Part shown: positions 37,980 to 52,064 of the stretch, piece by piece | Position numbering within the stretch: position 1 is the first letter of the stretch | Layout of the letters: each line of letters opens with the position of its first letter | Source: Hypanus sabinus | Lineage: Eukaryota | Direction of reading: 5' to 3' | DNA: 64,000 nucleotides | Assembly: GCF_030144855.1 (NCBI RefSeq) | Contig: NC_082712.1 | Coordinates: 169,508,001-169,572,000 of the forward strand | Notes under the pieces: model-generated | What the model was told of the DNA's origin: nothing | Seen by the model: the letters and a program-made list of their open reading frames with translations, nothing else | Database searches by the model: none | Program-made: the position numbers and the translations under genes

Positions 37980-38250
37980 CCTTGAAAGTGGCTACACAGA
38001 TTGATAGGTGATAAAAGCAATATATGGCATGTTTACTTTTATTAGTTGAGGCTGTGAGTTCAAAAAGCAACTTTATTTAGCTTTGGTTAGGCTGGATCCT
38101 GAAGTATTGCATTAATTTCTGGTGGGCCCTTTCTAAGAAGGACATGGAGTCTTTGGAGAGGGTGCAGAAGACTTTTACCATGATGTTTTCTGGAGGAGAG
38201 GTATGTGCAATGGGTCGAGAATGGACAGGCTTAGTTGTGTTCTTTATATA
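37980..38250 (+). mobile_element. Old CR1 fragment
   Basis: LKYCINFW..KKDMESLERVQKTFT. Confidence 0.65.
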
Positions 38251-38387
38251 CTCTAAATACTTTTGTGCATGAAAATCTGGACTCAAACTTTGCCAGTGGT
38301 TGTGGAGGAGTGGGACAGGAGAGGGCACAGAGAGTGAAGACCAGACCAGTCCCCTTCCATCCCTCAAGCTTTTCTCATTTTATGGCA

Positions 38388-39395
38388 GCAAGGCTCAGTG
38401 CTGGGACCCCAGTTGTTTACAATATATATTAATGATTTAGATGAGAGAATTAAATGCAGCATCTCCAAGTTTGCGGATGACACGAAGCAGGGCGGCGGTG
38501 TTAGCTGTGAGGAGGATGCTAAGAGGATGCAGGGTGACTTGGATAGGTTAGGTGAGTGGGCAAATTCATGGCAGATGCAATTTAATGTGGATAAATGTGA
38601 GGTTATCCACTTTGGTTGCAAAAACAGGAAAACAGATTATTATCTGAACGGTGGCCGATTAGGAAAAGGGGAGATGCAACGAGACCTGGGTGTCATTGTA
38701 CGCCAGTCATTGAAGGTGGGCATGCAGGTACAGCAGGCGGTGAAAAGGCAAATGGTATGTTGGCACTCATAGCAAGAGGAGTCGAGTACAGGAGCAGGGA
38801 GGTTCTACTGCAGTTGTACAAGGCCTTGGTGAGACCGCACCTAGAATATTCTGTGCAGTTTTGGTCCCCTAATCTGAGGAAAGACATTCTTTCCATAGAG
38901 GGAGTACAGAGAAGGTTCACCAGATTGATTCCTGGGATGGCAGGACTTTCATATGAAGAAAGACTGGATCGACTAGGCTTATACTCACTGGAATTTAGAA
39001 GATAGAGGGGGGATCTTATTGAAACGTATAAAATTCTAAAGGGATTGGACAGGCTAGATGCAGGAAGATTGTTTCCGATGTTGGGGAAGTCCAGAACGAG
39101 GGGTCACAGTTTAACGATAAAGGGGAAGCCTTTTAGGATCGGGATGAGGAAAAACTTCTTCACACAGAGAGTGGTGAATCTGTGGAATTCTTTGCCACAG
39201 AAAACAGTTGAGGCCGGTTCATTGGCTATATTTAAGAGGAGGTTAGATATGGCCATTGTGGCTAAAGGGATCAGGAGGTATGGAGAAAAAGCAGGTACAG
39301 GGTTCTGAGTTGGATGATCAGCCATGATCATACTGAATGGCGGTGCAGGCTCGAAGGGCCGAATGGCCTACTCCTGCACCTATTTTCTATGTTTC
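38388..39395 (+). mobile_element. Young CR1, 3' ~1 kb (RT C-terminal half and 3' UTR)
   Basis: QGSVLGPQLFTIYINDLD..SKFADDTK..WQMQFNVDKC; few disruptions; tail TTTTCTATGTTTC. Confidence 0.95.
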
Positions 39396-41964
39396 AGTGT
39401 TTTACAATACTTAATTGAGAATGTCATAAAGATATTTTTAAAGCCATGACCTGCTTTCCAGATTTCCTTGTGGCAAAGAAATTTCTGCAAGCAGCTGTCT
39501 GCGACACCTGCTCCATAGGCAAGCATCTCCATTGCTTACAACTGCAGAGGTGGCATATAGTCCTTGATCCATAGCAACTATTAAGGAGAGAAGCTCTTTC
39601 AGTACTGATTCCAAAGGTATTAACAAAGTGATAATTAATGACCAATAAAATTAAAGCACTGGTGGTGTTGAGGAAAAGTGGGTGTGCAGAGGAATGCTAT
39701 AGCATAATTGGAAAGTTTTGGGATTTTTCATGAAAAGTAGAAAAACCAGGAGCAGAGCAAAAAGAGTGGTAAGATATGGAGGGTATGCAAAAGACAGAGG
39801 CCAGAGATTAAAAAAAGGGGGAGAAAGATGAGGATGAAAAGAAAGTAAAGGGTTAAAGTTGATAGACAAAGAGTAAACTGTGAAGTAGAAGTATCAAGAA
39901 GGTCAAGTCAAAATAGGAAATAAGTTTTTGGTTTATGAAATGCTCAATGGCTGGAGATTTGTTCAGCCGAGGACTATGGATACCAATCACAGAAGCATTC
40001 AAGAGCAGGAGCAGGCTTTGTGAGTCCTCAAGCCTGCCGGGTCAATCAATATGATCATGACTGATCTCCAGTTGTAATGGTATTTGACTAGTTGGAGTAG
40101 TTTAGTTCCCAAAGCCTTGGAAAATGGCATTCTCTGTTTTTTTTTTAAGTAGGAGTCTCGGTGAGTTAATGAAGGATGAACACTTTCTTCAGTGTTTATC
40201 AGTTAAAGAGGTCAAGTGCCGTGTGGTAGGTGTTTTTTTTGTCAGAATATTGGCATAAATTGAGAACTTCCCTGATGGATTGTGTTTACCATACTTCTGC
40301 TTGGGAGTTGGGGAGAGAGACAGTTGGAGAAAGTATTGCATGCTTTTGTCTTAGTCTTAGAAAGAGATCCACCGACCAAATTCTTGGATTGGAGCATCAG
40401 TATAGAAGTTAAATTTGGGCATATGAGTAATTCCTGCTGTGTGTGTTTCAATTTTAATTTCCTTTTGAATTCAGCTCTTATGTTGCTCTGTGTAAATACC
40501 ATATAATTAAGGTACACAGCAACAGGGACAAAATGTTCAGTCTTAAACCTATTTATTTGATACTTACAATGAATGCTTGGCCAGTTTGGAAGTGAGGTGT
40601 TAAAATTTCCAGTACATGTATACTGGATATTCTGATTCACTATTTGATCAGGATTCACATGCAGTTCTGCTCATGTTTTCAAAAATGATGTCATGTTTCA
40701 GTGCAGAGATCAGGCTTACATAAAGGTCATGGCATTACGCCTGCAGTGGTTCTTTCACTGTACTATTTTCTTAATCTGGCAGCTCTAGGAAGGCTATAGT
40801 CCCATTTTCTTTCAGAAAAGAGCACCAGAGAGCTACCAAGGGGTCAATTTGTGACCAGCAAAGAATGTGACATCCTACTTTATTGTTCTCTAAAAGAGTC
40901 ATTGGACATTATATTTACAAGTTCACATACAGTTCTTGCACCTTTTACACCTCAGAGTCCACCATTTTCAATTTATAGATGGGTTATCAGTATGTTTTTG
41001 AACTAACAGGTGTTAATTTTTTTGAGTAAAAAATTCTGATGTTTGTAGAATAAAAACTGAAACTTGTGATTGAGGGTGGTGGTTGTGTGAGTTTTAAAAA
41101 AGATGGCAGCTTACAGAAATCAATTCAATATCCATTTCAAACAGCATAACTTCTGTTTTCATTTTTATTACTTTATAATTAATGTTTCTGAAGAAAATAC
41201 ATCAGTGAGTTTGTTCTTCTTTATTAAGAAAAGTGAGGACAAATCCTTTTCAGTAGAGTTTGGAAGCTGATGAATTGCAGCTGATTTCAATGATTAAATG
41301 CTTTATAATATATAAACTAAAGCTAAAAGATTGATGATGAACTACCTTGAATGGCAAAAACAATGTCCTCTGTTGAAATTAGTTTTAATGTTCCAGGCTG
41401 GATGAATAATGATCTCGCACTTGTAGTTGATTATGCTGCAGAAGAAAACTAATTGATTGACTATTGACCCAACTACAGAATTCTTTGCTTGACTAATGTT
41501 GCATTTAGACTGCCCAGCCAGATCAATATAGACAGAGATTGGTTCCAGATTGACTTACTTCCAAATACTGGCTTTATTTTGATAGACATTTGGTGAAGTC
41601 TGAAGGGCGGCAGAAGTTTTGTGATTTTCAAAAAAAAACAATGTTTTGAAGTTCAGACATTAGAGGTAATAAGTAATCCACTTATTAACTTGGGTTTATC
41701 TCCTTGAGGATGATTAGAAGATCGCATTCTTTTCTGCTGTTCTATTTTCTTGTCTTATCTCCATTTCCCATTATATTCATAATCAGATTATCAGTATACT
41801 CTATATTGCTACGTAAGTAATGCAGTGCTCAAACGGAAATTCCAAGGTATTACAGCTTTTTTTTTAAATGTGAAGAATCAATCAATGCTGGATAATTGAA
41901 CTTGCATTAAAGAATACTATCAATTCATATACAGTGGCATAATGCTGCTGCAGAACTTTTAAAA

Positions 41965-42330
41965 TTTACTTTCTTGGATGTGGGGATGCTGCCGTTTTTT
42001 GGCATGTAACCATCTTCAAGATCGTGGAGGTGATCTGCTGTAGTCAATTATTGTAGCAGTTGTGATATAATAGACTTGCTTGGGTGTTTTGGAGGACACT
42101 TAAGGCATGGCTGTGGATCTGGAGTCATATGAGACCACACTGGATAAGAATAGCACATTTTCTTCTTTCTGGGACATCAGAGAGCTGGAAAGACATTAAT
42201 AGCCATCTGCAGACACATTCTTAGAATCAATGCTTGATTTTCTTTTAAGATCCAGATTATTTTTAATTGATATGCTGTGATTGGATTTGAAGACATCTCT
42301 GGATTATTTGTCAGCCTTCTGGGTTGCTGA
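41965..42330 (-). mobile_element. Old SINE/L2-related element
   Basis: TGTGGATCTGGAGTCATATGAGACCACACTGGATAAGAATAGCACATTT resembles a chondrichthyan L2/SINE body. Family uncertain. Confidence 0.45.
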
Positions 42331-42334
42331 AAGT

Positions 42335-42860
42335 CAAAGGTCTGCAAATGGTGGAAATTTGAACTAAAGCAGTTAATACTGAAATTCTTATCAGGTCAGG
42401 CAGCAATATGGAAAGCGAGGCCAATAGCATTTCAGGTCAAAGATACTTGTTACAACGGGGAAGGAGAAATAGACTGGTTTAACTGACTAAGAGATGGGGA
42501 GGAGTAGGTGGTTAAAACGAGGGAAATATCTCTGCTAAGGTGAGGCCATGGATTAGTGGTTGTTAGTAATTGGGGGAGTTAGAGAGAAAGAAAAATAACC
42601 AAAAGCAAAGCAAAGAGGGCATTTATAGGGTGTAAACACACAAACAAAGTAACATAATAGTGGTTAAATGTAGAGCTGTTGGATATGACCTGCAGTCAGG
42701 CTGTGCTCATAGAGACAAAACTGAGCTATTATCAGCAGAAATAGCCAACTTTGACCACGGCAAGTTAGCTAAAGCTTTAAAATTCAATATTATTCTTTAA
42801 GATGACTAAGAGGGACGTCATTCACTTAACCTTCCGTTATTAGGTTATATTTGATAACAT
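42335..42860 (-). mobile_element. Old Penelope-like terminal fragment
   Basis: TCTGCAAATGGTGGAAATT..CAGGTCAGGCAGCAATATGGA..ATTTCAGGTC, the same terminal motif as 6800-6930. Confidence 0.6.
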
Positions 42861-43630
42861 TGTTTCTTTACATGTGGTTTCTTCTGCAAAAGCAGCACAC
42901 AATTTCAGGATTAACTTGATCAGCAAAGATGATTACAGGCTTGTGAAAAATTGCTATATTTGTCACTCCTCACCCATACTTGGAAAAAACTTCAGCACGT
43001 CATATTTCCCTAGTTGGAGGTTCATCCCTTGATTCACCTTTTCTGGTTCTGAATCTGCAGTTTATGCACCTCCCTTTTCAATATGATGTCCATCTTATTC
43101 CTCAATCCTTTCATTATTATACTTCACATCTTCCTTCAACCTGATTTCAAGGATGGGATCAACCTTTTGCATTCATGGCTAGATTCCATCAAACTGTTTG
43201 TCACACTAATTTCTGTTGGTGACCCAATCTAATTTGCTTTAATTCTATTTTCTGAACTTGTCTACATCTTTGCTGATTATTACTACTTCTGCTTACCTCC
43301 TATATCAAAAAACTCCCCTAAACTCTCCTCAGTGACTACTTCAAGGCATCATGCAAGTAGAAGTTTACGAATAGTTGTTGAAATCTTGTCAGACATAATT
43401 TTTTGAAAGGTACTTGATCTCTTGTACACTGATGGGATTCTGTAGAATTAAACTATTGCAAGTCAATTTGTTTGGAAAGGGTTTAAGAGATGCTGATAAA
43501 TGCTAGGATTTATCATCATGCTTGATGTTTGGTGAATAGATTATGACATGAAGTAAGCACCTTCGAGCTACCTGCAACATTTGACAGCACAGCAACAGAC
43601 CCTTTGTCCCATCTATTTTTCAGCCTAGTC

Positions 43631-43680
43631 CAGGGGTTCCCTCAGTGGTAGGGGTCCACGGCAAAGGTTGGAAACCCCTG
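43631..43680. mobile_element. 50-bp hAT (Charlie-type) MITE
   Basis: TIRs CAGGGGTTCCC / GGAAACCCCTG; perfect 8-bp TSD GCCTAGTC at 43623-43630 and 43681-43688. Confidence 0.85.
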
Positions 43681-44085
43681 GCCTAGTCCCATTCACCTAA
43701 ACAATAGCATCCATATCCTTCTCATCGATGTACTTTATCTATCCAGACTTATTTTAAAAGTTGCAATTGAACCTGTATCCACCACTTCCACTGGCAGCTC
43801 AGTCCACACACACACACACCACCTCTGAGTGAACAAGTTGCCTGAAAAATTTCACCTTTCATCCAAAACCTATGACCTCCAGTTGTAGTCACACCCAACC
43901 TCAGGAAAAAGCTTGCATGTATATCTATACCTCCTCATAATGTATACTGTACCTCTATAAGTTCTCCCCTCATTCTCCTTTACTCTAGGGAATAAAGTCC
44001 TAACCTATTCAACCTTTCCTGTAGTCCAAATCCTCAAGTCCTGGCAACATTATATAAATTTTCTCTGCACTCTTTCAAGCTTATT

Positions 44086-44778
44086 CACCTGGTCTCTCAA
44101 CACCAGCTCCATAGCAAAGAAAGCCCAGCAGCGTCTCTACTTTTTGCGAAGGCTGAGGAAAGTCCGTCTCCCACCCCCCATCCTCATCACATTCTACAGG
44201 GGTTGTATTCAGAGCATCCTGAGCAACTGCATGACTGCCTGGTTCGGAAATTGTACCATCTCGGATCGTAAGACCCTGCAGTGGATAGTGAGGTCAGCTG
44301 AGAAGATCATCGGGGTCTCTCTTCCCGCCATCACGGACATTTACACCACACGCTGCATCCGCAAAGGAAACAGCATTATGAAGGACCCCATGCACCCATC
44401 ATACAATCTCTTCTCCCTCCTGCCGTCTGGGAAAAGGCTCCGAAGCATTCGGGCTCTTACGACCAGACTACGTAACAGTTTCTTCCCCCAAGCTATCAGA
44501 CTCCCCAATACCCAAAGCCTGGACTGACACCTTGCCCTACTGCCCTGTTTATTATTTATTGTGATGCCAGTACTGTTTTTGTGCACTTTATGCAGTCCAG
44601 TGTAGGTCTGTAGTCTTGTATAAGTTTCTCTGTGTTTTTTTTTATTGCGTAGTTCAGTCTAGTTTTTGTACTGTGCCATGTAAGCCATAGTCCTGAAAAA
44701 CGTTGTCTCATTTTTACTATGCACTGTACCAGCAGTTATGGTCGAAATGACAATAAAAGTTGACTTGACTTGATTTGA
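44086..44778 (+). mobile_element. Young Rex1/Babar LINE 3' fragment
   Basis: [43 protein letters not shown]; AATAAAAG plus (TTGAC)n tail; CTTATT duplicated at 44080-44085 and 44779-44784. Confidence 0.9.
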
Positions 44779-46774
44779 CTTATTGACATTCTATAGGCAG
44801 GTAACCAAAACTGCACACTGTACTCAAAATTAGGCATTACCATGTCTTATGTAACTTCAACATAACATCCCAACTCCTGTAGTTATTGCTCTTGATATGT
44901 GAAGGTCAGTGACCCAGAATTTCTCTTTATGAACTGATTTACTTGTGGCGCCATTTTCAAAGAAGATGTGTATTTCCAGGTCTCTTTGTTCTACTGCACA
45001 CCTCAGTGCCCTACCCTGATCTGTGTTGCTCAAGTGCAATACCTAACACATGCTTGCAATAAATTCCATTGGTAATTTTAGCCCACTCTTCCAGCTGGTC
45101 CAGATCACACTGCTAGCTTAAATAATCTTCTTCACTGTCCACTTCACCACTCCCCCCACCCCCCAAGTCTTGTTGTCATCCACAAATTTACTGATCCAGT
45201 TTCCCACATAATCACCTTTTAGATATCACTGCCATGATCCTGCAATTTTGACACTGCCCTCCAGCAAGGTCCAAGTGGATACCTTTTCAAGCCTGGGGAT
45301 TTATCCACCTTAAATTCTCTCAAGACAGCAAGCACCTCCTATTCTGTAATCCAGATACAGTCCATAACCTTACTACTTAAGTTCTATCAACCATCTGTTT
45401 GACTCCTGAGTAAGTACAGTTGCAAAATATTAATTTAAGATCTTGATCTCTTTAGATGACTGTGCTGATCTTCATGAGTATCTTTTTACTCTAAGTATGT
45501 CTTTCAAAGTTCTTGGGATTCTCTTTCATCTTTTCAGTCAAAGCAACCTCATATCCTCTTTTAGCTGTTTTAATTTCTCTCATAGGTGTTTTTTTGCATT
45601 TCTTTTCCTCCTAAAGTGCTTCACTTGACCCTTACTGCCTATATGTGATGTGTGTCTCCTCCTCCTTAACCAGGGCTTTAATATCTCTTGAAACTAAAGT
45701 ACTTTAATCCTGTTAGCCATGCCTTTTATTCTAATGGGAACATACAAATCCTTTTCTTTTGCATTGGAAAAACTGTGTACCTTTTGAAAAGCTGTATATT
45801 CAATTTTATTTAATGAGTTACCTCTGAAAACCTGTTGGCTTAGTTTTCTTTCCCTCGAATTAAGTGTTGCACTTTTAAGTCAAATTGTGCAGCAGGTATA
45901 ATCTGTTGTTAGTGGATATTTCAAAAATATCTTGTTTTTCACTTTTTTTCAGCATCAATTATGATACTGGTTCATCCCACAAAATATCAATAAACTCCTC
46001 CAGTTAAAGATAGATTACCATTATAACTTCTTAAAATATTTTAATAAAATTCTTTTATATATTTGCACCTTGATTTAAGCATAGAGCAGAATGCATTAAC
46101 CTAGAGGTACTTCAACTCAGCCCCCACATTATTAAGTTCAGCAACTCCAAGCTGGTAATGTGGATAATGTTATCAGTGCTTGCCATTCAAATGTTTATGA
46201 AGTGAGCAAAAAATGAAAAGGATGATAATTGCTTATAAATAATTTTTTTCTAACTTAGTGAGTTTATAGCTTGCTTTGACATGAGAACTGTGATGGATTT
46301 CCAGAGTTTTTAAATATCATTGACAATCTAGAGGAATTTAAAATATTAAAAATGAATCCAATGATTAAAGATAACCTTATTTCTTTCCATGTTTAAAAAT
46401 ATTGAAGCAGAACTAAATAACATTAAGTTTACCAAAATAAAATGCAACTTACTGTCCCTTTGAGTCTCTTAGCTTTCAAGCCAGTAAACCTGTTGAAATT
46501 AGTGACGTCTCAAAATTTGTGCCAGGTCTGAAAGACAATTTCTTCCTTTAACAATATAATTCTAGGGAATGCCTGCAAAACTGGATCCTATTTGTCCGAG
46601 TAATATGTCCTTAGATCTGGGATTTTAATTGGATTATGAAACAAGTCACAACCAGTGGATTTTAGAGTACTCAGGATGCTTGGAGAACTGTCTATGGTGA
46701 TTACAACTGCTGGTCAATAAAGCTTTAGTTGTAAAGATCTGTAAAGATTCTTCCTAACATCTTTAAGACAGGTC

Positions 46775-47245
46775 TGCAAATGGTAGTGGATTTGGCCAGT
46801 ACATCACGGGTAAAGCCCTCCCAACCATTGAACACATCTATGTGAAACCCTTTCGTAGGAAAGCAGCATTCATCGTCAAAGCTGCTTACCACACAGGCCA
46901 TGCTCTTGTCTCACTGCTGCCATCAGGTGTAAAGGTGCAAGTGCTTCAGGACTCACACCACCAGGTTCACGAACAGTTACTGCCTGTCAATTATCAAACT
47001 CTTGAACAAAAGAGGATAACTACACCCACAACAAGGACTCTTTCTTTTGTTATTTGATGCTCTCGTTATTTATTGCTATTTATTTGTATTTACATTTGCA
47101 CAGTTTGTTGTCTCCAATGCTCTACTTAATCATTCATTGATCCTGTTTACAGTTACTATTCTAAAGATTTGTTGAGTATGCTCACAGGAGAAAGAACCTC
47201 AGGGTTGTATGTGGTGACATGTACATACTCTGTTAATCAATTTTC
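46775..47245 (+). mobile_element. Rex1/Babar 3' fragment
   Basis: ITGKALPTIEHIY..HTGHALVSLLPSG. Confidence 0.75.
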
Positions 47246-47794
47246 AAAGTATGATTTGAACTTATGATGAATCGGTCAGAGAGGGCTGTGCTGAGTTGAT
47301 GCTATTTCCTCTTGTGTTCCAAGTTGCAATAAATTATCCAGATACAGATATGGCAAGATTATCTATTTAGTTTGGTAATGAAGACTTCATGGTCAATAAA
47401 GGTATTATGTAAGGAATGAGATGACTATTTGCTATACCAATGGAAAAAGGAAATAAAGTTTTAATTGTGACAGTGGCTATTCAATCAGATATGGTTCCTG
47501 TTGAGAATTCATGTCCTGAACAAAGGCTTGTAATGGCATACGTATGTAGATAATGTGCATATAACTTGAACTCCTGCTCATGTAGACAGAGACAAGGTAG
47601 GACCAATGTCAATGAAGAGATCTTCATTTTAGTTCTATATCTGATACTCTTTAAAGCCCACCATGAGTAAGAAGGCAATGTTGAAAGAACACCGTATATT
47701 AATCTACATTTGAAAAGTCCAATGAGTAGCACAACCCAGCATGATAAATTGTCCAGTTTGTCTCTCCTGATTTAGTTGATGCCCCTACCATGTT

Positions 47795-48640
47795 TTAAGA
47801 TTTAAAGTGCATTTATTATTTAAGTATGAATGCAGCATTCATACAAAGAACCATGGAACCAACCCATTCAAAAAATTTGTGCAAAAAAATTGAGTGGAAG
47901 CATACAATATAAAATACAAAATCAAAAGGCATATTTCAGTTACAGCTCATTGTTCATTATTTGCAGGCTGCCCTGATTCAAAAATCACCCAAATGTAGAA
48001 CAAAAAAAAGGAACAACCAGAACTAGAACATAACATAAACCTGAATTGGAGTCCAAATCTACAAAGCATGGTGATTAAACCTTGCTCCGGAACCACACTC
48101 GTGACAGCATCGAGGGAAAGGGAGATCACTCGAACGCAAGGACCATTCCTCGAGAGCAGTGAGTGAGAGGGGGAAGAGAGACCACCACATGCAGACATCT
48201 TTTTCTGGCAGCAATGAGCAGGAGGCTGGTAGACGACTCTGAACACTACCTCACCCTCTGACCCTGCCTCGATGACTTCAGTCATCCTTGGCACATTAAT
48301 CAGTAAAAGTTGTGAGAGATGGAGTTGATCATGGACTCACACCCCATCTCCTGACTTCCTACCCTCCATGCAGCACGTTTTGCTGGCAGCCTCATGGAGC
48401 CCCGTTTATAATTTTGAGTTTCTAGAATCTTCTTTGTTTAACATGTATCCCCTTAAAAGTGTTGATGTTGGTCAGTGTTTAGCAGATTGGAATCAATTAA
48501 TGAATGCATCACCATTGTTGATCATTGTTAATCCACTTAATTTTTTCCATCAACTCAGCTCTATAATATCAACATGAATAGAAGCATTGCTGCAAGAAAG
48601 TCAAAGTAAAATCTGTCAAGAAGTAGTAAAAATTAGTCCT
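47795..48640 (-). mobile_element. Unclassified non-autonomous retroelement related to 5905-6770
   Basis: Similar TTTAAAGTGCATTTATT tail and CACTACC/CTCACCCTCTG..GATG.CTTCA.TCA.CCT internal blocks. Confidence 0.4.
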
Positions 48641-48649
48641 TTCCAGACA

Positions 48650-49478
48650 GTGACTTACAGATATATTGTTGATTCACAACCAATAGGAACTGTAGTGGGT
48701 GCACAGGCTATCCTGAAGTCCACTATAATATAGTGCTTGGTTTCTGTAACATAAAGGACGAAAGTTGACTTGATGAGAATTACCAAGAGCTTGAGGAGCA
48801 ATTTATTGCAGATGTGAAGTGTTCATTAATTGGAAGATCTTCCAATCTTCATGAGAAAAGAAACCAATTTGCATATAACTAAAAGCAGAAATGCAGCCTA
48901 AAACCCATGACTTAAAGAACAGGTTATGTTTAGAAAGAGTGCCGGATGCCGAGTACCTCATTAAAAGCCATGGCATTTATGGATTTTTTCAGCATTGTTA
49001 GGGCCATCTACAGCACAAATAACAAGGCTCCATCTCACTTAGAAGCAAGAATGGAGGCAAACTTGTCAAGGAAAGTCAATGTCTGCTGGAAAAAACACTT
49101 AAAAGTCCTGCTCGACCATTGAGTGCTATTGACTTCATCTTCAGCAGACTATTCAGTACAGCATTGCTTTTATTCCTGATTAACAAGATATTGAAAAAAC
49201 TACATATCAACTGGGAATAAAAACAAGGCCTTGAGCATAGACAGTATTCCCATTGAAGTTCTAAAATTCAGCAATGAATAGCTTCTGTCTCAGATCCACG
49301 ATGTGCGAGGAGGATGAAGCATGCCAGAGATACTGTAATTGTCAATGTCTTCAAGAAAGGAGACAAGTCTGATGGTGCTAATTGCAGACAAGTTTCCCTG
49401 TTGTCTGCAATAAGAAAGCAATTGTCAGGGTTCTCACTGTTCATATCACCCATTAGCTGAAGATTTGCTCACCACAGT
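48650..49478 (+). mobile_element. Old RTE LINE fragment
   Basis: DENYQELE, SLRSKNGGKLVK, IDSIPIEVLK and FKKGDKSDGANCRQVSLLS remnants. Confidence 0.7.
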
Positions 49479-49760
49479 GCATTCTGACTGGTTGCATTAC
49501 TGCCTGGTATGGAGGCTGCAGAACACAAGATTACAAGAGACTGCAGACGGTTTTAATCTCAGTCAGCTCCATCACTAGCACAACCCTCTCCACCATCAAG
49601 GACATCTTCAAGAGGCGGTGCCTCAAGAAAATGGCATCCGTCATAAGGACCATCACCATCTGGGACATTCCCCCTTCTCATTGCTACCATCAGGGAGGAG
49701 GTACAGGAGCCTGAAGACCCACACTCAATGATTCAGGAACAGCTTTTTCCCATTGCCATT
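49478..49760 (+). mobile_element. Rex1/Babar fragment
   Basis: ILTGCITAWYGGC..DYKRLQ..FSLLPSGRRYRSLKTHTQ*FRNSFF. Confidence 0.85.
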
Positions 49761-49769
49761 GGACATTAG

Positions 49770-50720
49770 GCTTTTGTGCAGAAGCATCATATGACCTGAC
49801 TGTTCAATAAGATCATAGCACATCAACTCTTAGCTTCATTGCCACTTTATACCTGTAACCCTCTGCTTCCCTGCAGATCAAAAATCTATCTTGGCCTTGA
49901 GTATATTAAGTAATTTCAGCTTTTGCAGCTTTTGTGATAAAAAATCCCAAAGATTCATGGCCTTTCGATAAGAGATTCATCATGATCTCTCTTAAATGAA
50001 TGAACTTTAGTCTGGAGTTTTGTATCCCAGTTTTAATGTTTATGCCCTTGCTCCCCACTCGAGAATATCTTCTCTGTTGGGCTCTTCAGGTTCTTAAGTA
50101 TCTCAGTGAGAGCAATTTTCATCCTTCCAAACTTTAATGAGTATAGGTCAAACCTTGTTTACTTTTTAACCTAGGCTCCAGTAGTTTCCTCCAAAGTGCC
50201 TTCAACTTTGTATATCTTTCCTCAAATAAGGAGATCAACATTGCATGCAGGGTAACAAGTGCAATTTTAGCAATGTCCTGTATAATTATAGCTAGACTTA
50301 ACTAATTTTACATTGCACCCCCTTTGCAAAAGAGGCTAACATCCCAATTGCTTTCCTTATTACTTTCCAATGGCTTTCTATATTTCATTTACAAGAACTT
50401 CCAAAGTCCTCTGGGGCATCATTCTGTAGCTTATCTCCATATTAACAACTTTCTGTTCTTTTAACCAATGTGGGTAACTTCACTTTTCCCCACGTATTGT
50501 TCATCAACAATGTTTCCTCACTCACTGATATCGTTATATATTTGCATTGTCTCTTCCTTACAATTATTATGATTACTATCATTAGCTACTTTGGCAGTAG
50601 TCCCTTTATCTAAGTAAGGTAGCATATTGTTTGTAGCTGAGGCTGAAGCACCAAATCCTTGGCATTTTACTAGTTACAATTTGGCATCCTGAAAATGCCC
50701 CATTTCCTTTTCCTGAAATT
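49770..50720 (-). mobile_element. Old CR1 3' portion
   Basis: Degenerate reverse CR1 3' UTR and RT, collinear with 55160-56000. Confidence 0.6.
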
Positions 50721-52064
50721 TAATCACAAATGCCATTTTTATGCTCTAAGTATAATTGGGAGGGAAAGAGAAATGAGCAATAAGACAATCTTCATCAAAC
50801 AAGTATCCTTTGTCATTGCACAAGGAACTAGCACTTTTCATATACTGTATATAATTTTGCACAGAGGCTCAGTGGTTGAAAAGAAAAGCAATGCCCTTTC
50901 AGTCTGTGAAGTGCAGATGTCTTTGGTGGGAACTTCTTCCTTTTCTTGTAAGATAATAGGCTTGCCTGAAAATATTCCACTTAGATCACACATTTAATGT
51001 AGCTTTCCACTCTTCATTACAAACATAATTTCGGATTGAAAATTATTATGACACCACCTTGCTTAATTTGGGTTGCATTATGCTACCTGCTGGTTCTGGT
51101 TTGAATTATCTGCGGCATTACAGCCAAACAGGACAGGTGGAATGCTCAGGAGGAAACGACCGAGAACTGTGACAGTCTCTAACACATTGACTTCCAGAAT
51201 GAAGCTCTACATCATGATTGTAGCAACAGAACAGTGTGGCTGTCTGCATTGTCATATTTTCAGCTATGAAGAGATATAAGTGAGTGGTATTTTGAAGTCA
51301 CCAAGAATATGTCACAGCTGGCAAGTGATTCATTTTTTATTTTTTATTACTGACAAGGAATGAGAGATGTAAAAATGCTCTTTTCTGAAAGATTGAGTTG
51401 AAATCTTCAATTACTGCTATTCTAAGCATATTATTACTGGAGCCAAACAAAAATTTTAGGTTGTAAACTAATCTGAGGTATTTGACCCTAGAGAGTGTGA
51501 CATATCCTTTGCTTAAAAAAGGAGCGATGCATAGTATAGCAGCTTCCATCTGTAGTGGTAATGGATGTTATCTCTGTTAGCAGATAGATTAGCTAACAAG
51601 ATATGCATTTGTAAGTAAAATCTGTCAACAAGATATACATTTGTAGATAAAATCCTTCAGATTTGTCATCACACAAAGCAACGTTTTTCATACACTTAGA
51701 CTGGATTCAGTTCAGCGCTGCTAAATAATTGCTATTTATATTATAGGATTGTAGAATATTGCACGTGTTTAAAATTTAATATTTTGTTTTGAACTCAAAT
51801 TCTCTCATCATGTTTAGTTCAAATTATCCTTTCTGTTAATATTTTTCATTATTTTTGTTTGTTCACATCTTTGGAGTCATTCTCATTAGCAAAATCACTA
51901 GTCTCATCATTTTTCTACAAGGCATCCAGCTGATGTGATAGATGGGGAAATTGTATTTACATTTCAGTCTTCTTGTATAATCATTTATTTTGATATTTTT
52001 GATCTGAAAATCAGATATAACTGTATATATGATCATTTAGTTCAGACTACAGTTGGAATTTCTC

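Larger units (their letters stand above)
43585..45750 (-). mobile_element. CR1 LINE with internal deletions, hosting a hAT MITE and a Rex insertion
   Basis: Collinear with the minus CR1 at 14490-16835 and 21611-21760; ALRCAVEQRDLEIH. Confidence 0.8.

Noticed and set aside
40840-40857. Estrogen-response-like palindrome GGTCA-ATTTG-TGACC
   Set aside because: The spacer is 5 nt rather than 3, and such a match is expected by chance in 64 kb.
51594-51655. 33-bp tandem duplication (also a 13-bp one at ~3580-3605)
   Set aside because: Ordinary slippage-type duplications with no further structure.
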